Source of the DNA: Octopus bimaculoides
Taxonomy: Eukaryota
DNA: 40,292 nt
NCBI RefSeq assembly: GCF_001194135.2
Contig: NC_068988.1
Location: 65,616,644 to 65,656,935 of the forward strand
Direction of reading: 5' to 3'
The first letter of the stretch is position 1, and each line of letters opens with the position of its first letter. The translations under genes were made by a program, and so were the position numbers. A model generated the notes under the pieces. It was not told the DNA's origin. It saw only the letters and a list, made by a program, of their open reading frames with translations, and did not search any database. Positions 1 through 12,376 of this stretch are shown one piece after another.

Positions 1-20
1 ATATATATATATATATATAT

Positions 21-510
21 AACTTTGATAGGTTTTGGTGAAGTCTTTTAGTTATACATGGGACACCATAGCCTACTATTACAAAGAGTTATTATTGTTG
101 GAGATATATCCAGATGTAGGAGGTTGGTCCGGGATTTTTTGAAGAAATTTGTCCAATAAATATTTAAATTTTACGGGGGTCCGTTTCAGTTTTGATGTAT
201 TTTGGTATGGTATTAAAGAGAGCTGGACTGGTAGATAAAGTAATTGTGGCGTCATGTTGCTATGTGTACTGACTTCGATTTTTGTAGTGGGCAGATAGCA
301 TGGGGGGCCAAGTCATTGGATGGATTTTAAAATTGAAGCCAAGATCATTTGTGCAATATTGATGGAATATTTTCCACATAACCACATCTAACGTGCGTGT
401 TGTTATTCTATTATCTTCAAGAATGGGGAAATGGAGGTGGAATTCGAACTCGGGATAATTTATATTTTGTTGGCAAAACACAAGATTTAATATTGGAAAT
501 ATACATTCCA
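21..510 (-). mobile_element. CR1/L2-group LINE, degenerate 3' end of ORF2 plus 3' UTR running into (TA)n at 1-20
   Basis: Minus-strand translation with frameshifts gives VMWKIFHQ... and SPALFNTIPKYIKTETDP/VKFKYLLDKFLQKIPDQPPTSGYISNNNNSL* (stop at 79-81), matching the P-x-LFN-x-LP...FK-x-x-LDKFL-x-x-IPDQP terminus of CR1/L2-type RT ORFs. Confidence 0.75.
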
Positions 511-560
511 CAACGATTCCTTCTCTTTGTCTTTTAATCTGGTAAAAATGACAACCAAAG

Positions 561-790
561 GCGGTGAGCTGGCAGAAACGTTAGCACGCCGGGCGAAATG
601 CTTAGCGGTATTTCGTCTGCCGTTACGTTCTGAGTTCAAATTACGCCGAAGTCGACTTTGCCTTTCATCCTTTCGGGGTCGATTAAATAAGTACCAGTTA
701 CGCACTGGGTTCGATATAATCGACTTAATCCGTTTGTCTGTCCTTGCTTGTCCCCTCTGTGTGTAGTCTCTTGTGGGTAGTAAAGATATA
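561..790 (+). mobile_element. tRNA-derived SINE, family A (GCCTTTCATCCTTTCGGGGTCGAT core), tail type 1, with 17-bp TSD
   Basis: A-box-like GAGCTGGCAGAAACGTTAGC and B-box-like GTTCAAAT; core shared with about 10 other copies in the window; flanking direct repeat AAAAATGACAACCAAAG at 544-560 and 791-807. Confidence 0.92.
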
Positions 791-1049
791 AAAAATGACA
801 ACCAAAGTTTTCACACACCACGCCACACGCAAGTAAAATGATACATTTCTTGTTTATATACATAAAAAGGACCAAATAATAATGCTATGTATGCTTTTGA
901 TCACTTTTTTTCTACATAACAACATTTCTACTGTTTCACAACAACAAGAATGCCGAACATCTATTTTTATCTTCATTTTAATTTCTGTTAACTTAGTGAA
1001 GCATAAATTTATGTAATATAGTTTTTATCGATTTCTTCCCCAGGATCAA

Positions 1050-1380
1050 TCATCATGTTCATTCTACCATATGAATAAAAGCATCTCACTTCAGAGGTGC
1101 TTAATAATATCATTGATACACTTTTGGATCTCTTAAAAATCTATTTTTCATCCTTTTGATTGTAATAAAACTGTCTTGTAGTTGCTTAACCAAAGCTTGT
1201 AAACATAGGAAGTTCCATCTACGAATGTTCCGCATTTTTTTCTTTTCGTTTCTGAACCAGTGCATTGAGGATGACATTGTACAATATATCTGCCTTTTGT
1301 TTTAATTCTGTAGGGAAATTTGACTGCTGTTGTTTGAAGATCGAGAGGGCAAACCCATAAGTCTTGTTATAACAATTTCA
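1050..1380 (-). mobile_element. Very degenerate R4/Dong-like RT fragment (RT domains 2-3)
   Basis: ADILYNVILNALVQKRKEKNAEHS*MELPMFTSF loosely follows QLLIDKxILxxxKxRKKNLSxAWIDYKKAFDSV; local DNA similarity to the 3640-4030 relic. Confidence 0.35.
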
Positions 1381-1685
1381 TTCTATATTGAAATATGTTT
1401 AATATGTCGAAATGTAATCTAGAAATATCGTACAGAAAAAGAAAATCAATGAATATTTCTAAATTCCTACGTAAAACATAAATCTGCAAGTGAAACATAC
1501 ATCGACTTTAACGTAATTCAAAAATTTCTGGCGTTCTTCAAACTGAAATGCATCCACTGAAACAATTGCGCATATAAATACGTATAGTATATACATATTT
1601 TCATATGCGTATACATACATGTTTGATTCTGATGATTGCCTTCATCAGTATGAAGCTTAAAGGTATGTAATTCCAATGATATAAA

Positions 1686-1697
1686 TACATACATACA

Positions 1698-1733
<36 letters not shown>

Positions 1734-1749
1734 TACATACATACATATA
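1686..1749. repeat. (TACA)n/(TA)n microsatellite at a gap edge
   Basis: Directly visible. Confidence 0.95.
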
Positions 1750-2463
1750 NNNNNNNNNNNNNNNNNNNNNNNNNNNNNNNNNNNNNNNNNNNNNNNNNNN
1801 NNNNNNNNNNNNNNNNNNNNNNNNNNNNNNNNNNNNNNNNNNNNNNNNNNNNNNNNNNNNNNNNNNNNNNNNNNNNNNNNNNNNNNNNNNNNNNNNNNNN
1901 NNNNNNNNNNNNNNNNNNNNNNNNNNNNNNNNNNNNNNNNNNNNNNNNNNNNNNNNNNNNNNNNNNNNNNNNNNNNNNNNNNNNNNNNNNNNNNNNNNNN
2001 NNNNNNNNNNNNNNNNNNNNNNNNNNNNNNNNNNNNNNNNNNNNNNNNNNNNNNNNNNNNNNNNNNNNNNNNNNNNNNNNNNNNNNNNNNNNNNNNNNNN
2101 NNNNNNNNNNNNNNNNNNNNNNNNNNNNNNNNNNNNNNNNNNNNNNNNNNNNNNNNNNNNNNNNNNNNNNNNNNNNNNNNNNNNNNNNNNNNNNNNNNNN
2201 NNNNNNNNNNNNNNNNNNNNNNNNNNNNNNNNNNNNNNNNNNNNNNNNNNNNNNNNNNNNNNNNNNNNNNNNNNNNNNNNNNNNNNNNNNNNNNNNNNNN
2301 NNNNNNNNNNNNNNNNNNNNNNNNNNNNNNNNNNNNNNNNNNNNNNNNNNNNNNNNNNNNNNNNNNNNNNNNNNNNNNNNNNNNNNNNNNNNNNNNNNNN
2401 NNNNNNNNNNNNNNNNNNNNNNNNNNNNNNNNNNNNNNNNNNNNNNNNNNNNNNNNNNNNNNN

Positions 2464-2534
<71 letters not shown>
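2464..2534. repeat. (TG)n microsatellite
   Basis: Directly visible. Confidence 0.97.
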
Positions 2535-2537
<3 letters not shown>

Positions 2538-2559
2538 TTAGCTATGAAAACTCTTAAGA

Positions 2560-2760
2560 ATCAAGGTACATCACACTAAAATAAGATAACTTTGTTGGCT
2601 TCAAGTGCTAGCAGTATGCCGTAGATATGCAATTACCAAAAGTAATTTATAACTAAAGATCCCACTCACTTGTTGATTCCTGCTGCGACGTAGGCATTTA
2701 AAAGTAAGTTGAAATGGCCTTGAAACTCTACAACTATTTCGATAGAATTTTATTTATTGT
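2560..2760 (-). mobile_element. Possible very old R4/Dong-like RT fragment (domains 4-5)
   Basis: VEFQGHFNLLL...INYFW*LHIYG loosely follows GIFQGDSLSPLLF...INHLFYMDDLKLYG. Confidence 0.25.
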
Positions 2761-2870
2761 ATTCGTAAAATATTACAACACAATTTTTCCACCATGAGGT
2801 AATATTTTAAACAGGTAGCATGTTAAACAATTGCTGGGCTAGTGATGCACCTAAATTCTACATACATGTC

Positions 2871-2914
<44 letters not shown>

Positions 2915-2915
<1 letters not shown>

Positions 2916-3200
2916 CTAAATGCCACTCCGTCGCTTACGACAAGGAGGGTTCTTGTTGATCCGATCAACGGAACAGTCTGCTCGTGAAATTAACGTGCAA
3001 GTGGCTGAGCACTCCACAGACACGTGTACCCGCAACGTCGTTCTCGGGGAGATTCAGCGTGACACAGAGTGTGACAAATCTGGCCCTCTGAAATACAGAT
3101 ACAACAGGAACAGGTAGTTAGAGTGAGAGAAAGTTGTGGTGAAAGAGTACAGCAGGGTTCGCCACCACCCGCTGCCGGAGCATCGTGGAGCTTTACAGGG
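2915..3200 (-). mobile_element. Unclassified interspersed repeat, SINE or LINE 3'-end-like
   Basis: GC-richer block (GATCCGATCAACGGAACAG...GTGGCTGAGCACTCCACAGACACGTGTACC) next to (TA)n at 2875-2913; I recall it as a common octopus repeat but cannot name it. Confidence 0.55.
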
Positions 3201-3639
3201 GAGTAGATAAAGTAAATTACTAGTCTATAAAGGATTCGATATTATCGACTTGCTCATTCGGCTCAAAACTGTTCGCCTTTGCCTAAACCACCATTACCGC
3301 CGCCGCCGCCGCCGCCGAGACCACCACCACCACCACCACCACCACAATTTTATGTTTTCTCACTTTCGCTCGCTTTTCCTTTTGTTTCATCTACATTACT
3401 GGTTACAGCGTAAATATACATAATTTTTATATTTTCATTAGATCTACATTTGCCAATTTTATATTGTTTCTTTAAATATTATCTATTAGATATTTTCTAT
3501 TCAAAACAAATGCAAAATAATTTTAAAAACAACATATTGACGCATTGCAAAAAATATTAAAATACTATTCAAGCAAAATTCCTTATCTCTAAGTCTTCAA
3601 CTCAAGATTTATAGTGAAATTGCTCTTGCACTTACCTTT

Positions 3640-4030
3640 ATATAATGCTGTGGCAAATGGAACTGTTTGCATTCTCTTTATTCTTTTGCATTTTGTTGCA
3701 GTCTAGAGCTTTCTATGTGTAGCCTGTATCACCAATATCAAAGTACCAATTATGATAACAAATATATTCACAATGATGGATGTGTCTTTGCTATTGACCG
3801 AAGAAATATAATAAATCATTGGCAGCTGAATGTTCAATTTCTGGTTCTCGATATATTCTTTGTATACTTTTAATTTCGCTTGCAGCTTTTTTGTTCCTTC
3901 CTGTAGCAATAAATCTTCCCACGGCCTATACCGTCAAATCTGCTTTGAAAGCCAGGAAACGAAATGAAAGTTCCCAAATAAAGCAAGTCATTACCTTTTT
4001 TTTGTCGTGTACTCAAAACATTTTGAACGT
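3640..4030 (-). mobile_element. R4/Dong-like RT fragment (domains 1-3)
   Basis: RKEQKSCKRN matches the PxEQKGCxRxSRG motif; VMTCF lies upstream (PITCL-like) and KLNIQL...SSV downstream (NLSxAW...DSV-like); several stops and frameshifts. Confidence 0.55.
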
Positions 4031-4599
4031 TAAAGCTATCAGTCAGGGAAATGTCCAAGATTAAACCACATGCCAAATCAATTTGCTTTTGTTCGGATAT
4101 TTATTTAATAGCTCCGAAGTAATCCTAATAAAAACATTAGTCGCACTCACCCTTACATACCGCGCGCACGCACATACATGCACATGCTGATGTATATATA
4201 TATATATATATTTATACTTACATAATATATATTCATATATATATATATATAGATATATTCATACACACAGACACCACACACAAAAAGCACACACAGGCAC
4301 ACACACACATACGCATATCTGTCGCAAAGGGATGAAAGAAGTAAAATAAGATAAAATACTTCTATTGAATGAATATCTTTACGTGCAGTACAAAGGTTCA
4401 ATACAAGGCATTGACTAGCAGTTTCATTGCTGCAACACAAATTTACAACAACGAATCCTCAGAGTGGCTAATACTGTTTCTTTAAATATTTTAATGTTAG
4501 AATCATGTTGGTTCTGTTTCTACTATGTTTAAAGCGCATTTCTTTTTAATAAGGAAAATGTACTTATAAATGAAAAGAAGAATGAAATTTCTTGGCTTA

Positions 4600-4930
4600 C
4601 AGAGTTGTCTCCATTATATACTGTGCATTGGAGGTGAATTGTTTAACGGATAAAGGATAAATACTCTGTATAGCTTTTGCAATTCTAACGTCAGTGTATA
4701 TACATGTAGGCTATTGGTTCAGTTACTATGTTATAAGGCCATACAATGCCCCTCACTATACTCATGCGAGTAGTCATAACCTTGCAGCACTAACATAGAT
4801 TCAAGTACGGATGGTATGATACTCTGCTTATAGTGGAGATGGAGGAATTTCACATGGATGTTGTGAGGGAGTATCGGTGTGATGAAAATACACATTGGAA
4901 AGAAGTGTTCCTTGTGGGTAGTGTCTAGAA
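4600..4930 (-). mobile_element. R4/Dong-like RT fragment (domains 4-6)
   Basis: RHYPQGTLLSNVYF (GIFQGDSLSPLxF-like), then CIYTDVRI...LSVKQFTSNAQYIMETTL, compared with LLAIVKQFSGDIRMQFGL in the younger copy near 13200. Confidence 0.45.
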
Positions 4931-5219
4931 GCTCGAGCTTATTAAGTCTGTGTTGGTCTAAATGACGCACATGAGATCGAGCGCTCTTTGTTGACTAACA
5001 CATACTCTCTCTCACTCCATGGTAACTTGTGAGCACACACGGAAGAGCATAATCACAGTTACATTATAGGAAGAATGAGAGAAAAAGTGTGTGAGAGAAT
5101 AGAGAAGAGTGTGTGGAGTGGAGAGAGGAAGAGTGAGAGGGAGATATAGAGGGAAGTTAGAGAGGGGGTTAAGTTGTTGTGCTATAACTTTATAGATATG
5201 TGAATATAGGAAAGAAGAG

Positions 5220-5570
5220 TCCCTACTGATGTAATGTCATGGAGCCTTTTAAGTATTTTGGACACATCTTTTAACTGACGCTTGTAAAGGTGACAACATA
5301 CTCAGAAGCATTCCCAGCGTGCACTATGATGCTCTTTTGCGGTTTTATGTTGTATTTGTTCATCTTCTCCGCTATGCACAAACATCAGTCTCTAGTCCAA
5401 TATTATTGTAATTTTTGTTAATGTCATTGAGTATCCGTATATATTTCGCTAGAGCTGTTGGCTAGATCTTTTCTCTGTCTTTGAAAGAAGGACCGGCGTT
5501 TACAAACCAGAGCTTAAACCTCCTGTATATCAATGGGTGTGGATCATACATTTAACAGAAATCCAAACGT
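5220..5570 (-). mobile_element. R4/Dong-like RT fragment (domains 5-7)
   Basis: HPLIYRRFKLWF (HLLYMDDLKLY-like), ILNDI...IGLETDVCA (FSxDIGMEFGLDKCA-like), PKYLKG (YKYLG-like). Confidence 0.4.
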
Positions 5571-6168
5571 TGCGGCTGTAAAAAACACTAGTGGCCGTGA
5601 GGAAATATAATCTCATTGACATATTACAGCAATCGTAAAAAAGAAAATATTGATTTAAACTTTAATTTAAAACATACATTCAAAATGTTAACAACGTATA
5701 TGAGTGAATTGCATTTGGAGATCTTTTTAGAGGTGTTTAGTTCTCTTTTGTATTTTTGGAATCTAGTTTAAGACTGGTTATACACAAAAACAAAATCGAA
5801 AGGGAAATGGTAATAAAATTCATTAATATATCTAGTATAGTATTTGAAGCATAATTAAAATGTATTTTCCGCACAACCAAATAAATAATTCGTTTTATCA
5901 TTAAAAAGTTTGGAGTGGACACAGGAAAGAAGTAGAGTAGTAGGTTAAATACCCAATAATATTTAATTGCTTGTTTTAAGTTCTGAGTTGATACCATAGC
6001 TAATTCGGCGTTTGACTTCAATATTACCAGACTGAGACTATAGATTAGAGGCCTTCATTAAATGGTCGAAGTCCTTATAACTGTCATTATGGCTTACAGC
6101 TATAGGAGACGTGTGTATTCCGTATGTGCTAGTATGTTCGTTTATATACTAAACATATTAAAGCACTA

Positions 6169-6200
<32 letters not shown>

Positions 6201-7288
6201 ACTAACAAATATATGCTCACACACATACACTCACACTCACANNNNNNNNNNNNNNNNNNNNNNNNNNNNNNNNNNNNNNNNNNNNNNNNNNNNNNNNNNN
6301 NNNNNNNNNNNNNNNNNNNNNNNNNNNNNNNNNNNNNNNNNNNNNNNNNNNNNNNNNNNNNNNNNNNNNNNNNNNNNNNNNNNNNNNNNNNNNNNNNNNN
6401 NNNNNNNNNNNNNNNNNNNNNNNNNNNNNNNNNNNNNNNNNNNNNNNNNNNNNNNNNNNNNNNNNNNNNNNNNNNNNNNNNNNNNNNNNNNNNNNNNNNN
6501 NNNNNNNNNNNNNNNNNNNNNNNNNNNNNNNNNNNNNNNNNNNNNNNNNNNNNNNNNNNNNNNNNNNNNNNNNNNNNNNNNNNNNNNNNNNNNNNNNNNN
6601 NNNNNNNNNNNNNNNNNNNNNNNNNNNNNNNNNNNNNNNNNNNNNNNNNNNNNNNNNNNNNNNNNNNNNNNNNNNNNNNNNNNNNNNNNNNNNNNNNNNN
6701 NNNNNNNNNNNNNNNNNNNNNNNNNNNNNNNNNNNNNNNNNNNNNNNNNNNNNNNNNNNNNNNNNNNNNNNNNNNNNNNNNNNNNNNNNNNNNNNNNNNN
6801 NNNNNNNNNNNNNNNNNNNNNNNNNNNNNNNNNNNNNNNNNNNNNNNNNNNNNNNNNNNNNNNNNNNNNNNNNNNNNNNNNNNNNNNNNNNNNNNNNNNN
6901 NNNNNNNNNNNNNNNNNNNNNNNNNNNNNNNNNNNNNNNNNNNNNNNNNNNNNNNNNNNNNNNNNNNNNNNNNNNNNNNNNNNNNNNNNNNNNNNNNNNN
7001 NNNNNNNNNNNNNNNNNNNNNNNNNNNNNNNNNNNNNNNNNNNNNNNNNNNNNNNNNNNNNNNNNNNNNNNNNNNNNNNNNNNNNNNNNNNNNNNNNNNN
7101 NNNNNNNNNNNNNNNNNNNNNNNNNNNNNNNNNNNNNNNNNNNNNNNNNNNNNNNNNNNNNNTATATATATATATATATGTGTGTGTAATGTGTGTGTGT
7201 AAACAAGCTCCGTTTGGCGTGTTTCGTTAGTGTGGATATTGTATGTGCATCCACAGTATATCGCTTTTGGTTAATATTTAGCCTCTAA

Positions 7289-7750
7289 TGGCTGTGTGGC
7301 AAGTAGCTTGTTTTATGGCAAATCAAATGAAATAAAGTAGCTTGCTTATCAACCACATGGTTCCGGGTTCAGTGCTACTGCGTGGCACCTTGGGCAAGTG
7401 TCTTCTACTATAGCCTCGGGCCGACCAAAGCCTTCTAGGTGGATTTGGTAGACAGAAACTGAAAGANNNNNNNNNNAAGTCCGTTGTGTATATATATATA
7501 TATATATATATACATGTGTGTGTGTGTGTGGGGGGGGTATGTGTTTGTGTGTCTATGTTTGTCTCCCAACATTGCTTGACAGCCGATGCTGGTGTGTTTA
7601 CGTCCCTGTAACCTAGCGGTACGGCATGAAAGACCGATAGAATAAATACTACGCTTACAAAGAATAAGTCCTGGGGTCGATTTACTCCACTAAAAGCAGT
7701 GCTCCTGCATGGCCGCAGTCAAATGACTGAAACAAGTAAAAGAATGAAAG
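7289..7750 (+). mobile_element. tRNA-derived SINE, family B (CORE-like), near full length, with internal (TA)n(TG)n
   Basis: Head TGGCTGTGTGG...GGTTCAG; GGCACCTTGGGCAAGTGTCTT resembles the CORE domain motif (TGACCTTGGGCAAGT); 3' half ends AAATGACTGAAACAAGTAAAAGAAT. Confidence 0.9.
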
Positions 7751-7956
7751 TAAAGAAATTCAGATTCCGAATAGCCAACCTATCATTAAAGAGCAATCGT
7801 TAATTTTCAGTGCCATTTCAGAATAAATTACTACTTGTTTTATTAAAGTCCCTCTCGATATATATTAATTTTGGTTTTACGTGCTTATATTCGAACTGTC
7901 TGCTTCAATTAGAATAAAATCGAATGTTTTTATCTAATCTTCGTACATATTTTCTG

Positions 7957-8061
7957 ATACATACATACATACATGCATACCCATGTACATACATACATAC
8001 ATACATACATACATACATACATGCATACACATTCATACATACTATCTATCTATCTACCTAC

Positions 8062-8133
<72 letters not shown>

Positions 8134-8221
8134 CCATACATACATACATACATGATGGCTGCTCCCTCGTTTTTTTTATAGTTTGCTCATATTTTACGTA
8201 AATTTTTATAGTTTGCTCACA

Positions 8222-8252
<31 letters not shown>

Positions 8253-8300
8253 GCATACATATACGTACATACGTATGTATGTATGTTTATATGTATGTGT
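7957..8300. repeat. Compound (CATA)n/(TATC)n/(TATG)n microsatellite
   Basis: Directly visible; explains the ORFs at 7924-8201. Confidence 0.95.
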
Positions 8301-8519
8301 GTATGTGTTTGTATGTGTAAATGTAATAGAAAACGTAGAGCTTTTGAGATCTTCGGAGTTAAAAAAAGATTATCCTTATATATTTCACGGTTCATTTTGT
8401 TGTCCGAAGAGCGGTTAATGAACCGATATTTGGACAACATGTACTCTCTCATTCTGATGCCCCACGAAGAGGAATTATATTAAATTCTCATTTAATCACT
8501 TATATACTAGAACTTAGCT

Positions 8520-9050
8520 GTAAAGGACCGGTTAATTTTTAAATGCGCGGAGAGTGTTCTTCTGGGGATGCTTTCCACGAAGAAGTTTACCTTATAGCAT
8601 CTACTTAGGGATCCTCTGACTATTCATCCGAATAAGGTGTCCAAGCACGCGTAAGCGGTGCTTGTGCAGCATTGTCTCAATAGGCAGAATGTTGGCTCCC
8701 CTTAAGACCTCTGTCTGGAGTCCGCAAGGGTCAGCTAACATTGAGAAGGTTTCTCCAACGTCTCTGATGGAAGCGTTCAAGGATCCTTACATAACACTTG
8801 TAAATGGTTTGCGTCTGATCTGAGTAAAGTCAGTACACTTGTACGGTATACAGAAACTTTTATTTGTCTTGTGATGGCCTTGTTAGTACCAGACACGAGA
8901 CTCAAGAAACCGGAAGGAATCAATTGCCTTTTGAAGTCTTAAAGATATTTCATCATACAAAGAACGGCTGAGTATGCTGCCCAGCTCATATGCTTTCAAA
9001 CTTGTCTAATGCTTTCAATATTGTTCCTTCAACTATGGAAATTGCTCGGC
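8520..9050 (-). mobile_element. RTE-clade LINE, RT C-terminal/thumb fragment
   Basis: DEISLRLQKAIDSF...VRILERFHQRRWRNLLNVS...IETMLHKHRLRVLGHLIRMNSQRIPK*ML*GKL, the classic RTE ERFHQRCLR...RLRWLGHxxRM...PKQxLYGEL pattern. Confidence 0.88.
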
Positions 9051-9077
9051 AGACTTAGTTGTCTGCGTTATTTTGTA

Positions 9078-9137
9078 TCGATATAATCTCCCTCCATCAA
9101 ACTTCAGGCCTTGTGCCTCTAGTAGAAATGATTATTA
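9078..9137 (+). mobile_element. SINE family A 3' tail fragment (tail type 2)
   Basis: TTCAGGCCTTGTGCCTCTAGTAGAAATGATTATTA matches the tail at 21455-21490. Confidence 0.7.
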
Positions 9138-10263
9138 GCCTTCAATGTATAGTGTAGTTAATTCCTTGAGTATTTGACATCATCTAGTGCTTACAGACAA
9201 TTTGTTTGTGTGTTGAGGAGTATATTGTCTCGCAAGGAACCGGGCTAGGACGCTGGTCTCTTCCTTCCTCAATCTCACAAGAATTGAATACTTTGAAAAG
9301 CGACCTGAGCGCTGTTCTTCATCCACTGGTTAGAACCTTAAAAAGATTACTCTAAGATTTAAAGAGCACGTGCAATTCATTTCAGATATTAAATGTTAAA
9401 GAGTACAAATAAAGACGTGACTTGTTTGTAACAAAGAACCGATGTTCACTCGTTAAAATTTGAACAACAACATGAAAGAGTTTCAGCTTAAACCATAGAA
9501 GTGTTTCGTTTAGTTTTTCCACTATTCCACTTTGAGATCGAATTTGTCATATTGGCCGATACTATCTTCACCTGAAAATCCAAGCGCTTCAGCATTATTG
9601 CTGAAAATATTTATAACGTAATGAAGTACATCGATTATTAAAGCTGCATGTAAAGAGAAGTTGAAGATTTCGAAACATCTTCACGAATGTTCTCTTTTTC
9701 TATGAAATATCCGTATCGTCTTTATAATTAAGAGCGCCCCCTAATGTCTCTGCCAAGGATATTCTCAATTGNNNNNNNNNNNNNNNNNNNNNNNNNNNNN
9801 NNNNNNNNNNNNNNNNNNNNNNNNNNNNNNNNNNNNNNNNNNNNNNNNNNNNNNNNNNNNNNNNNNNNNNNNNNNNNNNNNNNNNNNNNNNNNNNNNNNN
9901 NNNNNNNNNNNNNNNNNNNNNNNNNNNNNNNNNNNNNNNNNNNNNNNNNNNNNNNNNNNNNNNNNNNNNNNNNNNNNNNNNNNNNNNNNNNNNNNNNNNN
10001 NNNNNNNNNNNNNNNNNNNNNNNNNNNNNNNNNNNNNNNNNNNNNNNNNNNNNNNNNNNNNNNNNNNNNNNNNNNNNNNNNNNNNNNNNNNNNNNNNNNN
10101 NNNNNNNNNNNNNNNNNNNNNNNNNNNNNNNNNNNNNNNNNNNNNNNNNNNNNNNNNNNNNNNNNNNNNNNNNNNNNNNNNNNNNNNNNNNNNNNNNNNN
10201 NNNNNNNNNNNNNNNNNNNNNNNNNNNNNNNNNNNNNNNNNNNNNNNNNNNNNNNNNNNNNNN

Positions 10264-10421
10264 ATATACGACGGGCTTCTTTCAGTTTCCGTCTACCAAA
10301 TCCACTCACAAGTCTTTGGTCGGCCCGAGGCTTTAGTAGAAGACACTTGCCTAAGGTGCCACGCAGTGGGACTGAACCCGGAACCATGTGGTTGGTAAGC
10401 AAGCTACTTATCACACAGCCA
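10264..10421 (-). mobile_element. SINE family B, 5' half, broken at its internal (TA)n by a gap
   Basis: Reverse complement of the 7289-7470 head and core. Confidence 0.9.
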
Positions 10422-10799
10422 CTCTTGTGCCTGTATATATATACATATATACACACATACGTACGTACCTACGTATGTATGTATGTATGTATACATGCAT
10501 TTGGAATACCTCTGCTTGCAAACGTCTTGAAGAAAATTATCCTTCACATTGTTTTACTTTTTTCAAAAGTATCTTTTACATTTGAAACTCTACATGCTTT
10601 TTTCACATAAATATTCGACATTTCTGCTAGTGTTTGGTTGATGTCGATTTTCTTGTTGGCAGAAAAAAAGTTTCCAATATACGGGTTAATCACGTATTAT
10701 TTACATTATATTACTTTAATCTTCTACTAAGTATTTTTTATGAATCTGAATTAATTTTATCTTTTTCTAATTCCAGAAATGTATACCACTTATGTCTAT

Positions 10800-11330
10800 A
10801 GTAAACCTATATATTATTAATGACTAGCTTATTGTGAAGTATGTTGAATAGTGTAATTTATCTTGTTATTCTATCAGTTCGTGCTAATTCACTTTATTTC
10901 CAGTGTAATATATTATAGCTGTAAGTTATTACTGAAGCCGCTTGGATGTTGTTAACTATCTCAATTTAAAATATAAATCAATATTCTTTCTTATCTCCTT
11001 CCAACATTTGTGCAAGTGGGACTATATCCAGTTAATTGTGGCTCTTCAGTGTGAACGTCACACTCAAGAGCCTTAAAGTCAAAAGTTCCTCCATCGCTGA
11101 GTTAAACACACGAGGAGTGAAGAAGGTTTATCGTATTCGTTTCTTTATTCTGTTAGCTATTGACTTTATTGCACTCATCATTTTTTGTCTAGACCTAATT
11201 TAGATTAAATCATGTTTTGATGTTCCTGCATAAATGGAGCCAAACTCTTTGTTACAAATGAAATTTGGAGAGAGGATCAGGGCACCAGAGAAAATGCTTT
11301 TTGGTAGTGAAGATAAACCGTGAGTTTACA
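10800..11330 (-). mobile_element. R4/Dong-like RT/thumb fragment
   Basis: HDLI*IRSRQKMMSAIKSI..., GDKKEY, NNIQAASVITYSYNILHWK*SELARTDRITR, compared with NKIxAINxxAVPVxTYSFGIINWxxxELxxLDRKTR. Confidence 0.6.
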
Positions 11331-11379
11331 CTCCTTCTTGGTACCACACTTACGTTTAATTTTTTATTCTTGTTTCTGT

Positions 11380-11755
11380 CATTAGACTGTAGCCAGCCTG
11401 GGGCACCACCTTGAAGAATTTTAGTGGAATGAATCGACCCCAGTAATTTTTTAAATACTTTTTTTAAAGCTTGTGACTTATTCTATCGGTGTCTTTTTGT
11501 TGAACCACTAAGTTGTGTCTGTCCCCATCACTGTCAAGCAGTGATGGGGACTGGCACAAACACGCGCGCGCACGCGCACGCACACACAGACACAGACACA
11601 TACTCACACAACGAGCTTCTTTCAAATTCCGCCTACCAAATCCGTTCGTAAGGTCTGGGACGGCCCGAGGCTATAGAAAAAAAAACATTTGCCGCAGATG
11701 CCACACAGTGCGACTGAACCAGGAACCATGTGGTTGGGAAGCAAACTTATTACCA
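11380..11755 (-). mobile_element. SINE family B, near full length, internal (GC)n(CA)n
   Basis: Both halves are recognisable as the reverse complement of 7289-7750. Confidence 0.85.
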
Positions 11756-12285
11756 ATTCTTTTTGCTATCCTTAAATTTTTCCTTTTACATATGTTTATC
11801 TTGTTTATGGATTTTGTTCCCTTTTCCTCGGAATGATTTATTTGATTTTTGCTTATTGTTTCCTTCGTTGTGATTTCTTTACATTATCTCTTCTATTTCT
11901 GTGTTCCACATTTCGTTTTTCTTATATTTATTACTTAGTATTATGTAAACAAGCGGCTTCATCTCCGTTTTAAAAATAGCGTGGTTGATCTTTACTTCAT
12001 ATATAAAAATATTCGAAACAGACATTTAAACAATGCCATGTGTTAAACAATATCACCGTAGAATATCGCCGAAATATTACTCTCTAGTTCTTTCATATTA
12101 GTTTATTTTTCCATTTTCTCTTCGGGTATTTTAAGTTTATGTGACGATGATTTCTCTCCCGGGAAACGAGTCTGTTTCGCACATTTTTAAATAGCAAATT
12201 CTAGCCACACTCCTTTATAACATCTTTACTCCGAATATTTATTTGTTTTAATCGCATTTTACATTTAGCTGAAGTTATCTATAGT

Positions 12286-12286
<1 letters not shown>

Positions 12287-12376
<90 letters not shown>

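Noticed and set aside
561-660. tRNA-like A and B boxes
   Set aside because: These are SINE heads; no cloverleaf or acceptor stem, so not tRNA genes.
5737-6021. 94-aa hydrophobic ORF (membrane protein or NUMT?)
   Set aside because: Its composition is what AT-rich DNA produces; no match to mitochondrial proteins or receptor motifs that I recognise.
9195-9326. Minus-strand exon-like block with a GTAAGC donor
   Set aside because: All three frames from the acceptor hit stops; no recognisable product.
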